Shown here piece by piece: positions 10,289-19,842 of a DNA stretch of 64,000 bases (position 1 is the first letter of the stretch; the number at the start of each line of letters is the position of its first letter). Position numbers and translations under genes: made by a program. Source of the DNA: Alphaproteobacteria bacterium (GTDB taxonomy: Bacteria; Pseudomonadota; Alphaproteobacteria; UBA2966); the NCBI GenBank assembly GCA_964291395.2, contig OZ219856.1, positions 1,632,001 to 1,696,000 on the forward strand, given 5' to 3'. The notes beneath the pieces were generated by a model. The model was given only the letters and a program-made list of their open reading frames with translations. It was not told the DNA's origin and did no database searches.

Positions 10289-12288
10289 GATGTTTCTCCA
10301 ACCTCGATCCGGAGGTGGCCGTGCGGCGTCGTGCCGAGCCGGCAACCGGGAGGCACGACGGTCGTCGACGTCCGGTCCACGACGACGAGAGGACCCTCCA
10401 TGGTCCGCGCCGGGCCGAGATCGTCTCGCGCGTAGACGGGCGTAACGGCGGGACCTCCCGCGAAGATGCAGCTCACGGCTTCGATGGGTTCGGGCGCCGC
10501 GCCCGACGCCCCCGGGCGGCCGAATTCCGGCCTCTCGGGATCGATCTTCGCTGCGACACGCAACGACTGAACCTCCCACGGCTCATCCGTGTGATAGCCG
10601 TAGAGCTCCTGGTGGCGCCGCCAGAACGCTCCTTGAAGCTCATCGGCGCGGCTCTCGGGCATGCAGGGGATTTCGATCGCGTAGCTCTGGCCGAGATAGC
10701 GCATGAACGCGACATACTCCACGCTGACCTCGGGAGTCCCGCTGCGGCCTTGCAACAGGCTTTCCCGCGCCTCGTCGGCGATTTCGGTACAGACCCGCTT
10801 GAACGCATCGGCGTTCCAGTCCGTACCTGTCAGGCGCACCGTCCGCTGGCGCGTGTAGCTCGGAGCCGCGGTCAGACAGCCGATCGCCGAGAGGAGGCTT
10901 GAATCTCTCGGCACCAGAACCGTGCCGATGCCCACGTCGCGGGCGAGTTCGGCGGCATACATCGGCCCTGCCCCACCGAATGCGATCAATGTGCAGTCAC
11001 GGGTATCCACGCCCCGGTCCACCGTGATTCGTCTGAGCGCCCGCGCCATGTTGGCGTTGGCAACGCGCACCACGCCCCGGGCTACACGCGGCATGGGTGT
11101 ATCCAGTTGACGGGCGATGCCTTCGAAGGCCCGTTCCGCCAAGTCCCTGTCGACCCGGATGTTGCCGTCGGTGTGCGTGGACGGCTGTAGATATCCCAAT
11201 ATGACCGCGGCATCGGTCAACGTGGGCCGGCTACCCCCCCGGCCATAGCACGCGGGACCCGGGTCGGCGCCGGCGCTTTCCGGCCCCACCTGCATGCCTG
11301 CCGATCCGTGACGGACGAGCGACCCGCCGCCGGCGCCGATGGAGTGCACGGCCAGCATCTGCAGATTCACCGTCCACGGACCCACTTGCGCCTGGTCCCG
11401 GACCTCCGGCTGACCGTCCACGATCAGGCAGACGTCCGTCGTCGTGCCGCCCATGTCGATACTGATGGCGAGCGGCGCCTGTACGTCTCTCGCCACCTGA
11501 CGGGCCGCTTCCACGCCCGCGGCGGGACCCGAGAGTGCGAGTGAAAGGGGCAGAGACACGGCGGCTTCCGGCGTCATCATGCCACCCGCCGAATGAAACA
11601 GTTCCAGGCGCAGATCGGGGGGCAGGAACTCGTCCAGCGTGGCGACGTAATCGGCCACCATCGGCATCACGCTCGCATTCAACACCGTGGCGAGCGTCCG
11701 CTCGTACTCCTTGAGTTGCGGCCACACCTGATGGGACAGCGAAACGTGCGAATAGAACTCCCGGCACAGCTCGCCCACGGATCGCTCGTGCTCGCCGTTG
11801 GCGTAGGCATGCAGCAGCGAGACCGCGATCGAATCGGCCGTACCGTCGAGGCTTCTCAGGATCTCCCGAACCCGGTCCGCATCCAACGGAGTCGCGATGC
11901 TGCCGTCCGGCCGCATGCGGGCGTCGATTTCGAAGCGCAGTTCCCGCGGTACCGGAGCGGGCTCGCGGGGAAGCGCCGCCAGGTTGTAAAGCACCCGTCG
12001 CGATTGCCGCGCGATGTCGAGGACATCGCCGTATCCGGCGGTGGTGAGCAGCGCCACGCGCCCGAGTTGACCCTGGATGATGGCATTGGTGACGATAGTC
12101 GTGCCGAACGTCAGCATCCGCACGTCCGCCGTTTCCAGATCCAGGGCCTCGAGGGCGGTCGAGACGGTCGCCCGTGGGTCGTCCTTGACGCTCCAGACCT
12201 TGGCGGTCCGGGACTGTCCCGTCGTTCCGTCGTGCGCCACCACGTCCGTGAACGTGCCGCCGATGTCGATGCCGAGGTGCCAGCTCAT
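10285..12288 (-). CDS. Hydantoinase A/oxoprolinase family protein (ATP-binding subunit)
   Basis: GIDIGGTFTD, SGPAAGV, DMGGTTTD, GAGGGS, SAGADPGPACYGRGG, AFGGAGP. Confidence 0.92.
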   Translation of the reverse strand: MSWHLGIDIGGTFTDVVAHDGTTGQSRTAKVWSVKDDPRATVSTALEALDLETADVRMLTFGTTIVTNAIIQGQLGRVALLTTAGYGDVLDIARQSRRVLYNLAALPREPAPVPRELRFEIDARMRPDGSIATPLDADRVREILRSLDGTADSIAVSLLHAYANGEHERSVGELCREFYSHVSLSHQVWPQLKEYERTLATVLNASVMPMVADYVATLDEFLPPDLRLELFHSAGGMMTPEAAVSLPLSLALSGPAAGVEAARQVARDVQAPLAISIDMGGTTTDVCLIVDGQPEVRDQAQVGPWTVNLQMLAVHSIGAGGGSLVRHGSAGMQVGPESAGADPGPACYGRGGSRPTLTDAAVILGYLQPSTHTDGNIRVDRDLAERAFEGIARQLDTPMPRVARGVVRVANANMARALRRITVDRGVDTRDCTLIAFGGAGPMYAAELARDVGIGTVLVPRDSSLLSAIGCLTAAPSYTRQRTVRLTGTDWNADAFKRVCTEIADEARESLLQGRSGTPEVSVEYVAFMRYLGQSYAIEIPCMPESRADELQGAFWRRHQELYGYHTDEPWEVQSLRVAAKIDPERPEFGRPGASGAAPEPIEAVSCIFAGGPAVTPVYARDDLGPARTMEGPLVVVDRTSTTVVPPGCRLGTTPHGHLRIEVGETS

Positions 12289-12377
12289 GGAATACTCACC
12301 CGTACTCACCCGTCCCGTCCTCGGGACAGGCATACCGTCCGGACTCCGGCTTGTCGAGACGATGCGACGCTCGAGAG

Positions 12378-13763
12378 TCACCAGGAGACGTAGCTGACGA
12401 CGATCCCCGCCGCTGCGGTTAGTCCGAGGGTGACGAACAGCCCGAGATGCCGGCCGAAGGTGAGCCAGATTGCAAAGACGGTCAGGCCCAGCGCCGAGAA
12501 GTCAGTGCCGGACAAAGAAGGCAACGGCACGGATACGAGACCGAACTCGAATGCGTCGACGTCCCGGAATACCACGTGCATGCCGAACCACACGGCGAGG
12601 TTGAGCACCACGCCGACGACGGCCGCCGTGATGCCGGAAAGCGCCGCGCTGAGGCTCCGGTTGTTCCGCAGCCTCTCGACATAGGGCGCGCCGAGGAAGA
12701 TCCATAGGAAACAGGGAACGAAGGTCACCCAGGTGGCAAGCGCCGCCCCGATGACACCTGCGGTCAGCGGATCGAGACCGCCCGGGTTGCGGAAGGCCGC
12801 CAGGTAGCCCACGAACTGAACCACCATGATCAAAGGACCAGGTGTGGTCTCGGCGAGCCCGAGGCCGTCCAGCATCTCGCCCGGCGCCAGCCAGCCGTAG
12901 GCCTCGACCGCCTGCTGCGCCATATATGCCAGCACCGCATAGGCGCCGCCGAACGTCACCACGGCGAGCTTGCTGAAGAACCAGCCGATCTGGGTGAAGG
13001 CATCATCCCCACCCAGGACGAGCAACGCCACGATGGTCGGCCCGAACCACAAGGGCAGGCAGACTGCGACGACACGCGCCGCGTGCGCCAAGGACGGCCT
13101 TGTATGGTCGAGACGACCGGAATCGAGCGCGGCATCCGCGATGGCGTCACTATCCGCGCTTCCATGTCCTTGGATGACAACGAAGCGATCGGGATCGAAC
13201 TGCGCTCCGAGAAACCCGATCAGCGCGGCTGCCACGACGATCACGGGAAACGGAACGGAAAAGAAGAAGATCGCGACGAAGGCCAGCGCCGCGATGGCGT
13301 ACATGGCCGGGTTACCCAACGCCCGGCGGCCGATGCGCAGCACGGCCTCGACGACGATGGCCAGCACCGCCGCCTTGATGCCGAAAAACAGCGCGTCGAT
13401 GAGTGGCAGATGGCTGTAAAGCGCATAGACGATACTGAGCGCCAGAATCACCAAGGCGCCCGGCAGGACGAACAGGATGCCCGCGGCCAATCCGCCCAGG
13501 GTTCGGTGAAGGAGCCAACCCACGTAGGTAGCAAGCTGCTGCGCCTCGGGGCCCGGCAGCAGCATGCAGTAGTTGAGCGCGTGCAAATAGCGCGCTTCGC
13601 CGATCCAGCGTTTCTCGTCGACGAGGATGCGATGCATCATGGCGATCTGACCGGCCGGTCCGCCGAAACTCAGCAGCCCGACCTTCAGCCACACCCGGAG
13701 GGCCTCGCGGAAAGGGACCTCCGCGACTCCGGCTTCAACCTCCTGCGTCGTTGCGGCCGTCAT
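12378..13763 (-). CDS. chrA: Chromate efflux transporter (long-chain CHR)
   Basis: LSFGGPAGQIA, LLPGPEAQQLA, TFGGAYAVL, ETTPGPLI. Confidence 0.95.
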   Translation of the reverse strand: MTAATTQEVEAGVAEVPFREALRVWLKVGLLSFGGPAGQIAMMHRILVDEKRWIGEARYLHALNYCMLLPGPEAQQLATYVGWLLHRTLGGLAAGILFVLPGALVILALSIVYALYSHLPLIDALFFGIKAAVLAIVVEAVLRIGRRALGNPAMYAIAALAFVAIFFFSVPFPVIVVAAALIGFLGAQFDPDRFVVIQGHGSADSDAIADAALDSGRLDHTRPSLAHAARVVAVCLPLWFGPTIVALLVLGGDDAFTQIGWFFSKLAVVTFGGAYAVLAYMAQQAVEAYGWLAPGEMLDGLGLAETTPGPLIMVVQFVGYLAAFRNPGGLDPLTAGVIGAALATWVTFVPCFLWIFLGAPYVERLRNNRSLSAALSGITAAVVGVVLNLAVWFGMHVVFRDVDAFEFGLVSVPLPSLSGTDFSALGLTVFAIWLTFGRHLGLFVTLGLTAAAGIVVSYVSW

Positions 13764-14569
13764 GACCTCTCCCCCGCGTTTTCGCTTATGCGTTGCCGGC
13801 AATCGGCATAGAGGGCGTCATACACCTTCATGCCGGCATCCAACATCGCGAGATCGTCTGTATGAAGCACCGCAAGACCTCGGGAAATGGAAACGAGCCC
13901 GGCACTTTCGGGAGCCAGTTTGTAATGTCTGGTGTCGGCCCCGCGAACGATGTCCGCCAAAGCGTCAACGGCTTCATCCTGGATATCGAACTTCTCGAGG
14001 AACGCGTCGAAGCTGCAATTGCCATTCATGTGGGTGAGCTCAACGCCGTCCACATCGAACGGTGTAGCGCCCGTGACTTCGGCCACGGCGTCGACGTGCT
14101 CGGCTTCAACGTAGAGGATCGCCGCGTCCGGATCGAGAAAGCGGCGCACCAACCAGGGACATGCGATGCGGTCGATCTTCGGCCGTGCCCGGGTTACCCA
14201 TCGGGTCCGGCCATCGGGACCGCGCTGCGGGAGAGACTTCCGGGTGACGGTGGGACCACCCCCCTCGACGAAACCATCGATCCCACCGACCAGATATCGA
14301 GCGGTCAGTCCAGCGGATCGTAACAATGCCGCGACGCTTTGGCTCATCTGGTGGCCGTGGATGCAATAGGCGACCACGCCGCGATCACCGTCCAGGTCGT
14401 TGGACCATTCGTGCACGGACAGTGGATCGCGCCATATTGCGGTCGCGACGGTGATGTCGGAGGCCTCGTAAGCCTCCTGCCGCCGCACGTCGATCACGGT
14501 TGGACTTCGGCCCGACGCCAGTAGTTCTATGAGTTCTTGGGGTTCGAGAGAAAGTGGGGTATCGCCCAT
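13760..14569 (-). CDS. chrB: Rhodanese + ChrB C-terminal domain chromate resistance protein
   Basis: N-terminal rhodanese (IDVRR, YCIHGHQMS, LVGGI). C-terminal WVTRARPKIDRIACPWLVRRFLDP, CSFDAF, IVRGADT. Confidence 0.88.
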   Translation of the reverse strand: MGDTPLSLEPQELIELLASGRSPTVIDVRRQEAYEASDITVATAIWRDPLSVHEWSNDLDGDRGVVAYCIHGHQMSQSVAALLRSAGLTARYLVGGIDGFVEGGGPTVTRKSLPQRGPDGRTRWVTRARPKIDRIACPWLVRRFLDPDAAILYVEAEHVDAVAEVTGATPFDVDGVELTHMNGNCSFDAFLEKFDIQDEAVDALADIVRGADTRHYKLAPESAGLVSISRGLAVLHTDDLAMLDAGMKVYDALYADCRQRISENAGERS

Positions 14570-14657
14570 AAGTCGCCCTCCTGATTCAGCAGGATTGCGA
14601 CGGCGCTTGGGCGCGATTGCCTTGGAGTTGCGGGGAGACCGCCTTTACCCCCACGCG
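14570..14657 (-). ncRNA. Structured 5' leader of chrB; candidate chrB-a/chrB-b RNA motif
   Basis: P1 GCGUGGGGG/CUCCCCGC, loop GGCGGU complementary to downstream GCCGUC, hairpin over the SD. Lies between a promoter and chrB. Confidence 0.55.
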
Positions 14658-14661
14658 GAAC

Positions 14662-14690
14662 AATATGGGTAAGGCCTGCGGCTTTTGCAA
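14662..14690 (-). promoter_or_regulatory. sigma70-type promoter for chrB-chrA
   Basis: TTGCAA-17 nt-CATATT on the minus strand. Confidence 0.6.
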
Positions 14691-14715
14691 GTCGGAATGG
14701 CGCGTACGGCCAATA

Positions 14716-16131
14716 TCATTGGAGCGGCGGGACCTTTTCGTGCCAATCCGTTTCCCGCTGATAGGCGTGGCCCAAGGTGAATAGGCGGGCCTCGGAAAAC
14801 GGGCGGCCGATGAGCTGGAAGCCGAGCGGCAAACCCTTTCCGTTGAAACCGCAGGGGACCGCCAGCGCCGGCAAACCCAGATATCCCACCGGGCGGGTCA
14901 GTCGGGCTACGCGGTGCATCAGCTCCGCCGCCCGCTCCGCGTTACCGGGACTGACATCGGCCATCTTGGGCGCCGCGTCCTCGCTGACCGGCGCGTGGAG
15001 AACATCGACTTTCCCGAAAACCCGCTCGACGAACTCCACCATCTTGGGTTCGCGCATGCGCTGAGCTTCGAGATAGCGGACGGCCGGAATCAGCAGCCCG
15101 CTCTCGAGCTCTCCTCGGATTCCGTCCGAGTAATCCTGGGGGCGGGTACGCAGCCACTCCTCGTGAATGGCCGACGCCTCGGCCTTGAGGCCGACCTGGG
15201 CCAGCTCGTAGATCTGCTCGAGGTCGGGGATGTCGACCTCCGCGACCTCGACGCCGAGTCCGCGATAGACGTCGAGACTCGCCATGACGGCAGCCTCCAT
15301 CTCGGCGTCGACGGCGTCGTAGAAGTAGCTCGTCGGCACACCAACCCGCATGCCCCGCACGTTGTCCTCCAGACGCGCCTCGTAATCCGGCACTTCGACG
15401 TGCACGGTATAGCCGTCCATCGGGTCACGACCGGCGATGACTTTCGTCATCCGCGCGCAGTCCCGGACGGTCCGGGTCAACGGGCCCATGGAGTCCGTGG
15501 CGTAGGAGCGGGGCATGGCCCCGTAGCGGCTGACGCGGCCGTAACCGGGCTTGAGACCCGCCAGCCCGCACTGCATGGCGGGCAGACGGACCGATCCTCC
15601 GGTGTCGGAGCCCATGGCGCCGTAGACCAGACGCGCGGCGACGGCGGACCCGGACCCGCTCGATGAGGCACCCGGCGAGTGCTCGACGTTCCAGGGGTTG
15701 AAGCAGTCGCCGAAGTGTTCGTTATGGCCGGTCGATCCGGCGGCGAACTCCACCATGTTGAGGGTGCCGGCCTGCAGCGCCCCGGACGCCTCCAGGCGTT
15801 CGATGACGGTCGCCGTATGGTCCGGACGCCAGCCGCGCCGAATCTTCGACCCGCACGTGCAGATCTTACCGGCACGATAGAACATGTCCTTGTGGGCGAG
15901 CGGCACGCCGTGCAGCGGGCCGCAGGCCTCGGGGTCGCGTGCGAGTTTTCCATCCGCGGCTTTCGCCGCGTCGAGCACGTCGCCGGCTTCGATGGAAATA
16001 AAGCAGTTGAGCGCCGGTTGATGCCGCTCGATTCGCGCGAGGCAGGCTTCGGTGACCTCGACGGAGGACACGCGTTTGTCCCGGATCGCGGACGCGACCT
16101 CCGTCAGGCTCAGATGTGTAACGTCGGTCAT
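14716..16131 (-). CDS. Amidase signature family protein (GatA/AtzE-like)
   Basis: GPLHGVPLAHKD, PGASSSGS, GSDTGGSVRLPA catalytic Lys-Ser-Ser motifs. Confidence 0.93.
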   Translation of the reverse strand: MTDVTHLSLTEVASAIRDKRVSSVEVTEACLARIERHQPALNCFISIEAGDVLDAAKAADGKLARDPEACGPLHGVPLAHKDMFYRAGKICTCGSKIRRGWRPDHTATVIERLEASGALQAGTLNMVEFAAGSTGHNEHFGDCFNPWNVEHSPGASSSGSGSAVAARLVYGAMGSDTGGSVRLPAMQCGLAGLKPGYGRVSRYGAMPRSYATDSMGPLTRTVRDCARMTKVIAGRDPMDGYTVHVEVPDYEARLEDNVRGMRVGVPTSYFYDAVDAEMEAAVMASLDVYRGLGVEVAEVDIPDLEQIYELAQVGLKAEASAIHEEWLRTRPQDYSDGIRGELESGLLIPAVRYLEAQRMREPKMVEFVERVFGKVDVLHAPVSEDAAPKMADVSPGNAERAAELMHRVARLTRPVGYLGLPALAVPCGFNGKGLPLGFQLIGRPFSEARLFTLGHAYQRETDWHEKVPPLQ

Positions 16132-16337
16132 GACGAATCCCTCAAGCGCACGAGACTCGCCGGGAAATCCGCGGGCTCGCCGTCGAAGGAAAGTTCCGGC
16201 GACATGTCGCGCGCGACCTCGAGGATGCGGTCGGTTTCGGCGACCAAGCCCTTCAGGTGCGCATCGTCGAGCTCGATTCCGTATTCCTCGACGATCCGGG
16301 CACGCGCTGCCTGAAGCCGCTTCGTTTGGTCGGCCAT
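16128..16337 (-). CDS. Small acidic helical protein, putative GatC/AtzG-like amidase partner (69 aa)
   Basis: Strong SD GAGGAGG. Stop overlaps amidase start (ATGA). Ends LSFDGEPADF. Confidence 0.65.
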   Translation of the reverse strand: MADQTKRLQAARARIVEEYGIELDDAHLKGLVAETDRILEVARDMSPELSFDGEPADFPASLVRLRDSS

Positions 16338-16413
16338 ATCTATCCTCCTCCACGGACGGAGGATGCTAGAGCGATTCCGGTTTGGCTGAAACCGCTGCGG
16401 CATTCCTCGTCGT

Positions 16414-17508
16414 TCACGGCAGCGGACCTCCGGTACGCACCGGCGGCGGCGCGACGGTGCCGCGGATGCTGAGCACGCTGTCGAGCTCGGTGAGATGCGC
16501 CGCAGGTTGATCCGCGATGCGCGCAAGGAGGTATTCCGCGGCCAGGCGGCCCATCTCCGCCGCCGGGACGTTCACCGCCGTCAGCGGCGGATTCATGTGG
16601 CGGGAAATCTCCAGATCGTCGAAACCGGTGATGGAGATCTCTTCAGGAACGCCGATTCCCATCCTATGGCATTCCAGCAGGGCGCCGATCGCATAGACGT
16701 CGCTCGTGCACAGGATGGCGGTCGGCGGAGAGGTCACGGCCATGAGCTGGCGGAACGCGTCCCGCCCGTCCGTCACGCCGTATTTGCGCTCCACGACTCG
16801 TTCCGGCGGCAAAGCCAGTCCCCGTTCCGCCATGGCGCGGCGCAACCCTTCGATTCGTCCCCGCGCGCGATCGTTCTCGTCGTCGAGCCCGCCGACGATG
16901 ATGGCTATGTCCCGATGTCCCATGTCGAGGACGTAGCGCGCCATCTTCAGCATGGCCTCGCTATTGTCGAACCCGATGCAAGGATGCTCCGAAGCGGGTT
17001 CGAAAACCCAGGTATTGACGAACGGGACGTTTCGCTCGACGAGGAATTCGGTGAGCCCCGGCGCGTGTTCGATTCCCACCATGACGATACCGTCCACGCC
17101 ACGGGCGATGAGCGCCCTGACCTGCCGGGCCTCCTCCGCGAGATCGTAGTTCGAATAGGCCATCAAGGACGTGTAGTCCGCCGCCGCGAGACGGGACTGG
17201 AACGCCTGTACGCCCGCCGCGAAGGGCGCGACGTCGAGGGTCGGCACGACGAACCCAAAGGTATTGGTCCTTCCCGTCACCAACGCCCGGGCGGAGGCAT
17301 CCGGCACATATTCGAGTTCCTTGACGGCCGAACCGACCCGTCCGCGCAGCGCCGGACTGACCGCCTCGGGTGAACTGAAGAAGCGCGATACGGTCGCCGT
17401 GGAGACGCCGGCCACTTCCGCGACATCCGCCAGCGTTGGCCGGCGATGGCCCGAGTGGCGCCCCTCTTGTGCACCGTCTTCGCCGTGCACAGAATCCCGA
17501 TCGGTCAT
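16414..17508 (-). CDS. LacI family transcriptional regulator
   Basis: PTLADVAEVAGVSTATVSR HTH, ITGFDD, PPLTAV. Confidence 0.95.
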   Translation of the reverse strand: MTDRDSVHGEDGAQEGRHSGHRRPTLADVAEVAGVSTATVSRFFSSPEAVSPALRGRVGSAVKELEYVPDASARALVTGRTNTFGFVVPTLDVAPFAAGVQAFQSRLAAADYTSLMAYSNYDLAEEARQVRALIARGVDGIVMVGIEHAPGLTEFLVERNVPFVNTWVFEPASEHPCIGFDNSEAMLKMARYVLDMGHRDIAIIVGGLDDENDRARGRIEGLRRAMAERGLALPPERVVERKYGVTDGRDAFRQLMAVTSPPTAILCTSDVYAIGALLECHRMGIGVPEEISITGFDDLEISRHMNPPLTAVNVPAAEMGRLAAEYLLARIADQPAAHLTELDSVLSIRGTVAPPPVRTGGPLP

Positions 17509-17526
17509 CGTTCGAGTGTAGCGTCG

Positions 17527-17555
17527 TTGACGGTGAATACGTTAGCCATTACAGT
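17527..17555 (+). promoter_or_regulatory. sigma70-type promoter of the desaturase-like gene
   Basis: TTGACG-17 nt-TACAGT. Confidence 0.65.
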
Positions 17556-17564
17556 CGGGTGTGG

Positions 17565-17578
17565 TGTAAGCGCTTACA
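17565..17578. promoter_or_regulatory. LacI-family operator
   Basis: Perfect palindrome TGTAAGCGCTTACA with central CG, just downstream of the promoter and next to the LacI gene. Confidence 0.8.
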
Positions 17579-17616
17579 ACGATGGCACGCATTTTCTCGA
17601 AAGGAGTTCATCGACC

Positions 17617-18582
17617 ATGCCCTCGGAGTTCGCCTACGGTCGCGAAGCCATCATCGACCGCAAGACCCTGAAGCGGTACACGGATCGCCGGAGCGACGCC
17701 AAAGGGCTCTTCTTCCTGGCGCGGCATTTCCTCGTCTTGTTCGCCACCGGCGCGCTGGTGGTTCTCAGCATCGGCACTTGGTGGATGCTCCCCGCCATGA
17801 TCCTGCACGGCATCGTCATGGCGCTCCTGTTCGCGCCCGTGCATGAATGCTCCCACGCCACACCGTTCAGGACGCGTCGGCTGAACGAAGGCGTCTATTG
17901 GCTGGTTTGCCTGATCTACAACGTGCCGCCGAACATGTTCCGCCACTCGCACTTGGCGCATCACCGCTATACCCAGATCCGGGGCAGCGATCCCGATATG
18001 GTCCTGCCCCGAAACTCGACGGTGTGGGACTACCTCTACTATGTGTCGGCCATTCCGTTCTGGATTCGGGGCGTGCAATGGTTCTTCACTCTGCCCTTCG
18101 GAAAGATCGCCGAGAAGCACCGGCATTTCATCCCCGAGAGCGCGATCCCCAAGATCAAACGCGAAGGCTGGATCATCTGGGCGGTCTACGGATCGGTCGC
18201 CGTGATCGCGGTGGTGCTGGAGTCTTGGATGCCCCTGTGGCTGTGGATCCTGCCGCGCCTGATGGGAGAGCCGTACATGCGCTGGCTGCGGATCGCCGAG
18301 CATGCCGAGTGCGAGGAAAGCGCCGATCTCACAGTCAACACGCGCACGACCCGAGCCCCCGGCTGGCTGCACGCCCTGTTCTGGAACATGTCGTACCACT
18401 CCGAGCACCACCTCTGCCCGGCGGTGCCGTTCCACGTCCTGCCGGAGCTTCACAAGATGGTCGCCGGCGCGCTGTTCCCCGTTGCGTCCGGCTACCTGGC
18501 CGTCCATGCCGAGGTGCTGCGCAACCTCAGCACACGGACGGGCGCCACCTGGGCGGCGGAGCCTCAGGCCGAAGCCGGCTGA
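17617..18582 (+). CDS. Fatty acid desaturase family, MocD-like membrane di-iron oxygenase
   Basis: His boxes HECSH, HLAHH, HSEHH; AEH; SD AAGGAG. Confidence 0.88.
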   Translation: MPSEFAYGREAIIDRKTLKRYTDRRSDAKGLFFLARHFLVLFATGALVVLSIGTWWMLPAMILHGIVMALLFAPVHECSHATPFRTRRLNEGVYWLVCLIYNVPPNMFRHSHLAHHRYTQIRGSDPDMVLPRNSTVWDYLYYVSAIPFWIRGVQWFFTLPFGKIAEKHRHFIPESAIPKIKREGWIIWAVYGSVAVIAVVLESWMPLWLWILPRLMGEPYMRWLRIAEHAECEESADLTVNTRTTRAPGWLHALFWNMSYHSEHHLCPAVPFHVLPELHKMVAGALFPVASGYLAVHAEVLRNLSTRTGATWAAEPQAEAG

Positions 18583-18598
18583 CTTTTCGGAAGCACCC

Positions 18599-18952
18599 CT
18601 ACTCGACGGCCGCGGTACAGGCGATCTCCACGAAGTAGTGGGGAGCGGCGAGAAGCGATTCCACGCAGGCTCTCGTGGGCGCTTCGCCAGGAGGCAGCCA
18701 AGCATTCCATACCGCGTTCATTTCATCGAAATAACGGATATCGGAAATCCAGACCTGGGCCGTAAGCAGTTTCGACTTGTCCGTTCCCGCCTTCTCCAGC
18801 AGGGCGTCGGTACGGTCAAGGATGTTCCGGGTCTGTTCGGAAACCGAAGCCCCCGGTTTGTCCCGCGCCACCTGACCGGCGATATAGGCGATACCGTTGT
18901 GTACCACCGCCTGGGATAGCCTTTCGGACGTCTCGATCCGCGTGATGGTCAT
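18599..18952 (-). CDS. RidA/YjgF family protein
   Basis: RLSQAVVHNG, AGQV, MNAVWNAW, APTRACVE, VEI. Confidence 0.92.
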   Translation of the reverse strand: MTITRIETSERLSQAVVHNGIAYIAGQVARDKPGASVSEQTRNILDRTDALLEKAGTDKSKLLTAQVWISDIRYFDEMNAVWNAWLPPGEAPTRACVESLLAAPHYFVEIACTAAVE

Positions 18953-18984
18953 CGTGTTCTCCCCTGGTTCCGATGATTTCCGGC

Positions 18985-19842
18985 TTATGTGTAAAAGGCC
19001 CGGTCCCCCTTGATCGTGAGCCGCAGCATCTCGCGCCGTTGCCCTGGATAGTCGTTGGCCGCGTAATGCCACGTGCAACGGTTGTCCCAGAGCGCCAGCG
19101 ACCCCGGCCGCCAATGGAACCGGCAAATGAACTCGGGACGTGACCCGTGCCGGTAAAGGAACGCAAGCAGCGCCGCGCTCTCCTCCTGCGACATGCCTTC
19201 GATGTACTCCGTGTGCGCCGGGTTGACGTAGAGCACCCGGCGTCCCGTCTCCGGATGGGTGCGGATGACCGGCTGCATGGCGGTACTGAAGACGGGATCG
19301 CCTTCCGTGCGGGCATCGTCACGGGCGCTGAATTGCGAGCCGCCGCCCCGCTCCGAGTAGATGTAGGGCCCGCCGTTGACCGCCGTGAGCTTGGCCAGCC
19401 TCTCCCGCATCGGTTCGGACAGCGCGTCATAGGCGGCGTACATGTTGGCGAACAGGGTGTCGCCGCCCCTCTCCGGAACTTCGACGGCATAGAGGGCCGA
19501 GGCCTTGGGCGGCGTCTCCGCGTAGGGCGCATCCGAATGCCAGACATGGCCGACGGCGTAATCGTCGTCGGGCTCCTTGGTGACCCGCATGATCTCGGGC
19601 AGACCGTCCGGACCGACCAGCGGCTGAAGGACGTTCAGCTCCCCGAATCGGCGGCCGAACGCCAGCAACCGTTCCGGCTCGAGCTGCTGGTCCCGGAAGA
19701 ACAGCACATGATGCTCGAGGAAGGCGCGGTCGACTTCCGCTTGAGTGGCGTCGTCGAAAGGTTCTCTCAGGTCGATACCTCCGACCTCGGCGCCGAGGGC
19801 GCCGGAGATCGGCGTTACGGTGATTCGTTCGTAATCCGTCAT
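18985..19842 (-). CDS. TauD/TfdA family Fe(II)/2OG dioxygenase
   Basis: WHSD, GGDTLFANM, RTHPETGR, WDNRCTWH, R..R. Confidence 0.93.
   Translation of the reverse strand: MTDYERITVTPISGALGAEVGGIDLREPFDDATQAEVDRAFLEHHVLFFRDQQLEPERLLAFGRRFGELNVLQPLVGPDGLPEIMRVTKEPDDDYAVGHVWHSDAPYAETPPKASALYAVEVPERGGDTLFANMYAAYDALSEPMRERLAKLTAVNGGPYIYSERGGGSQFSARDDARTEGDPVFSTAMQPVIRTHPETGRRVLYVNPAHTEYIEGMSQEESAALLAFLYRHGSRPEFICRFHWRPGSLALWDNRCTWHYAANDYPGQRREMLRLTIKGDRAFYT

Noticed and set aside
16366-16395. CTAGAGCGATTCCGGTTTGG resembling an IS630-type MITE end
   Set aside because: No matching second end nearby; too short to support.
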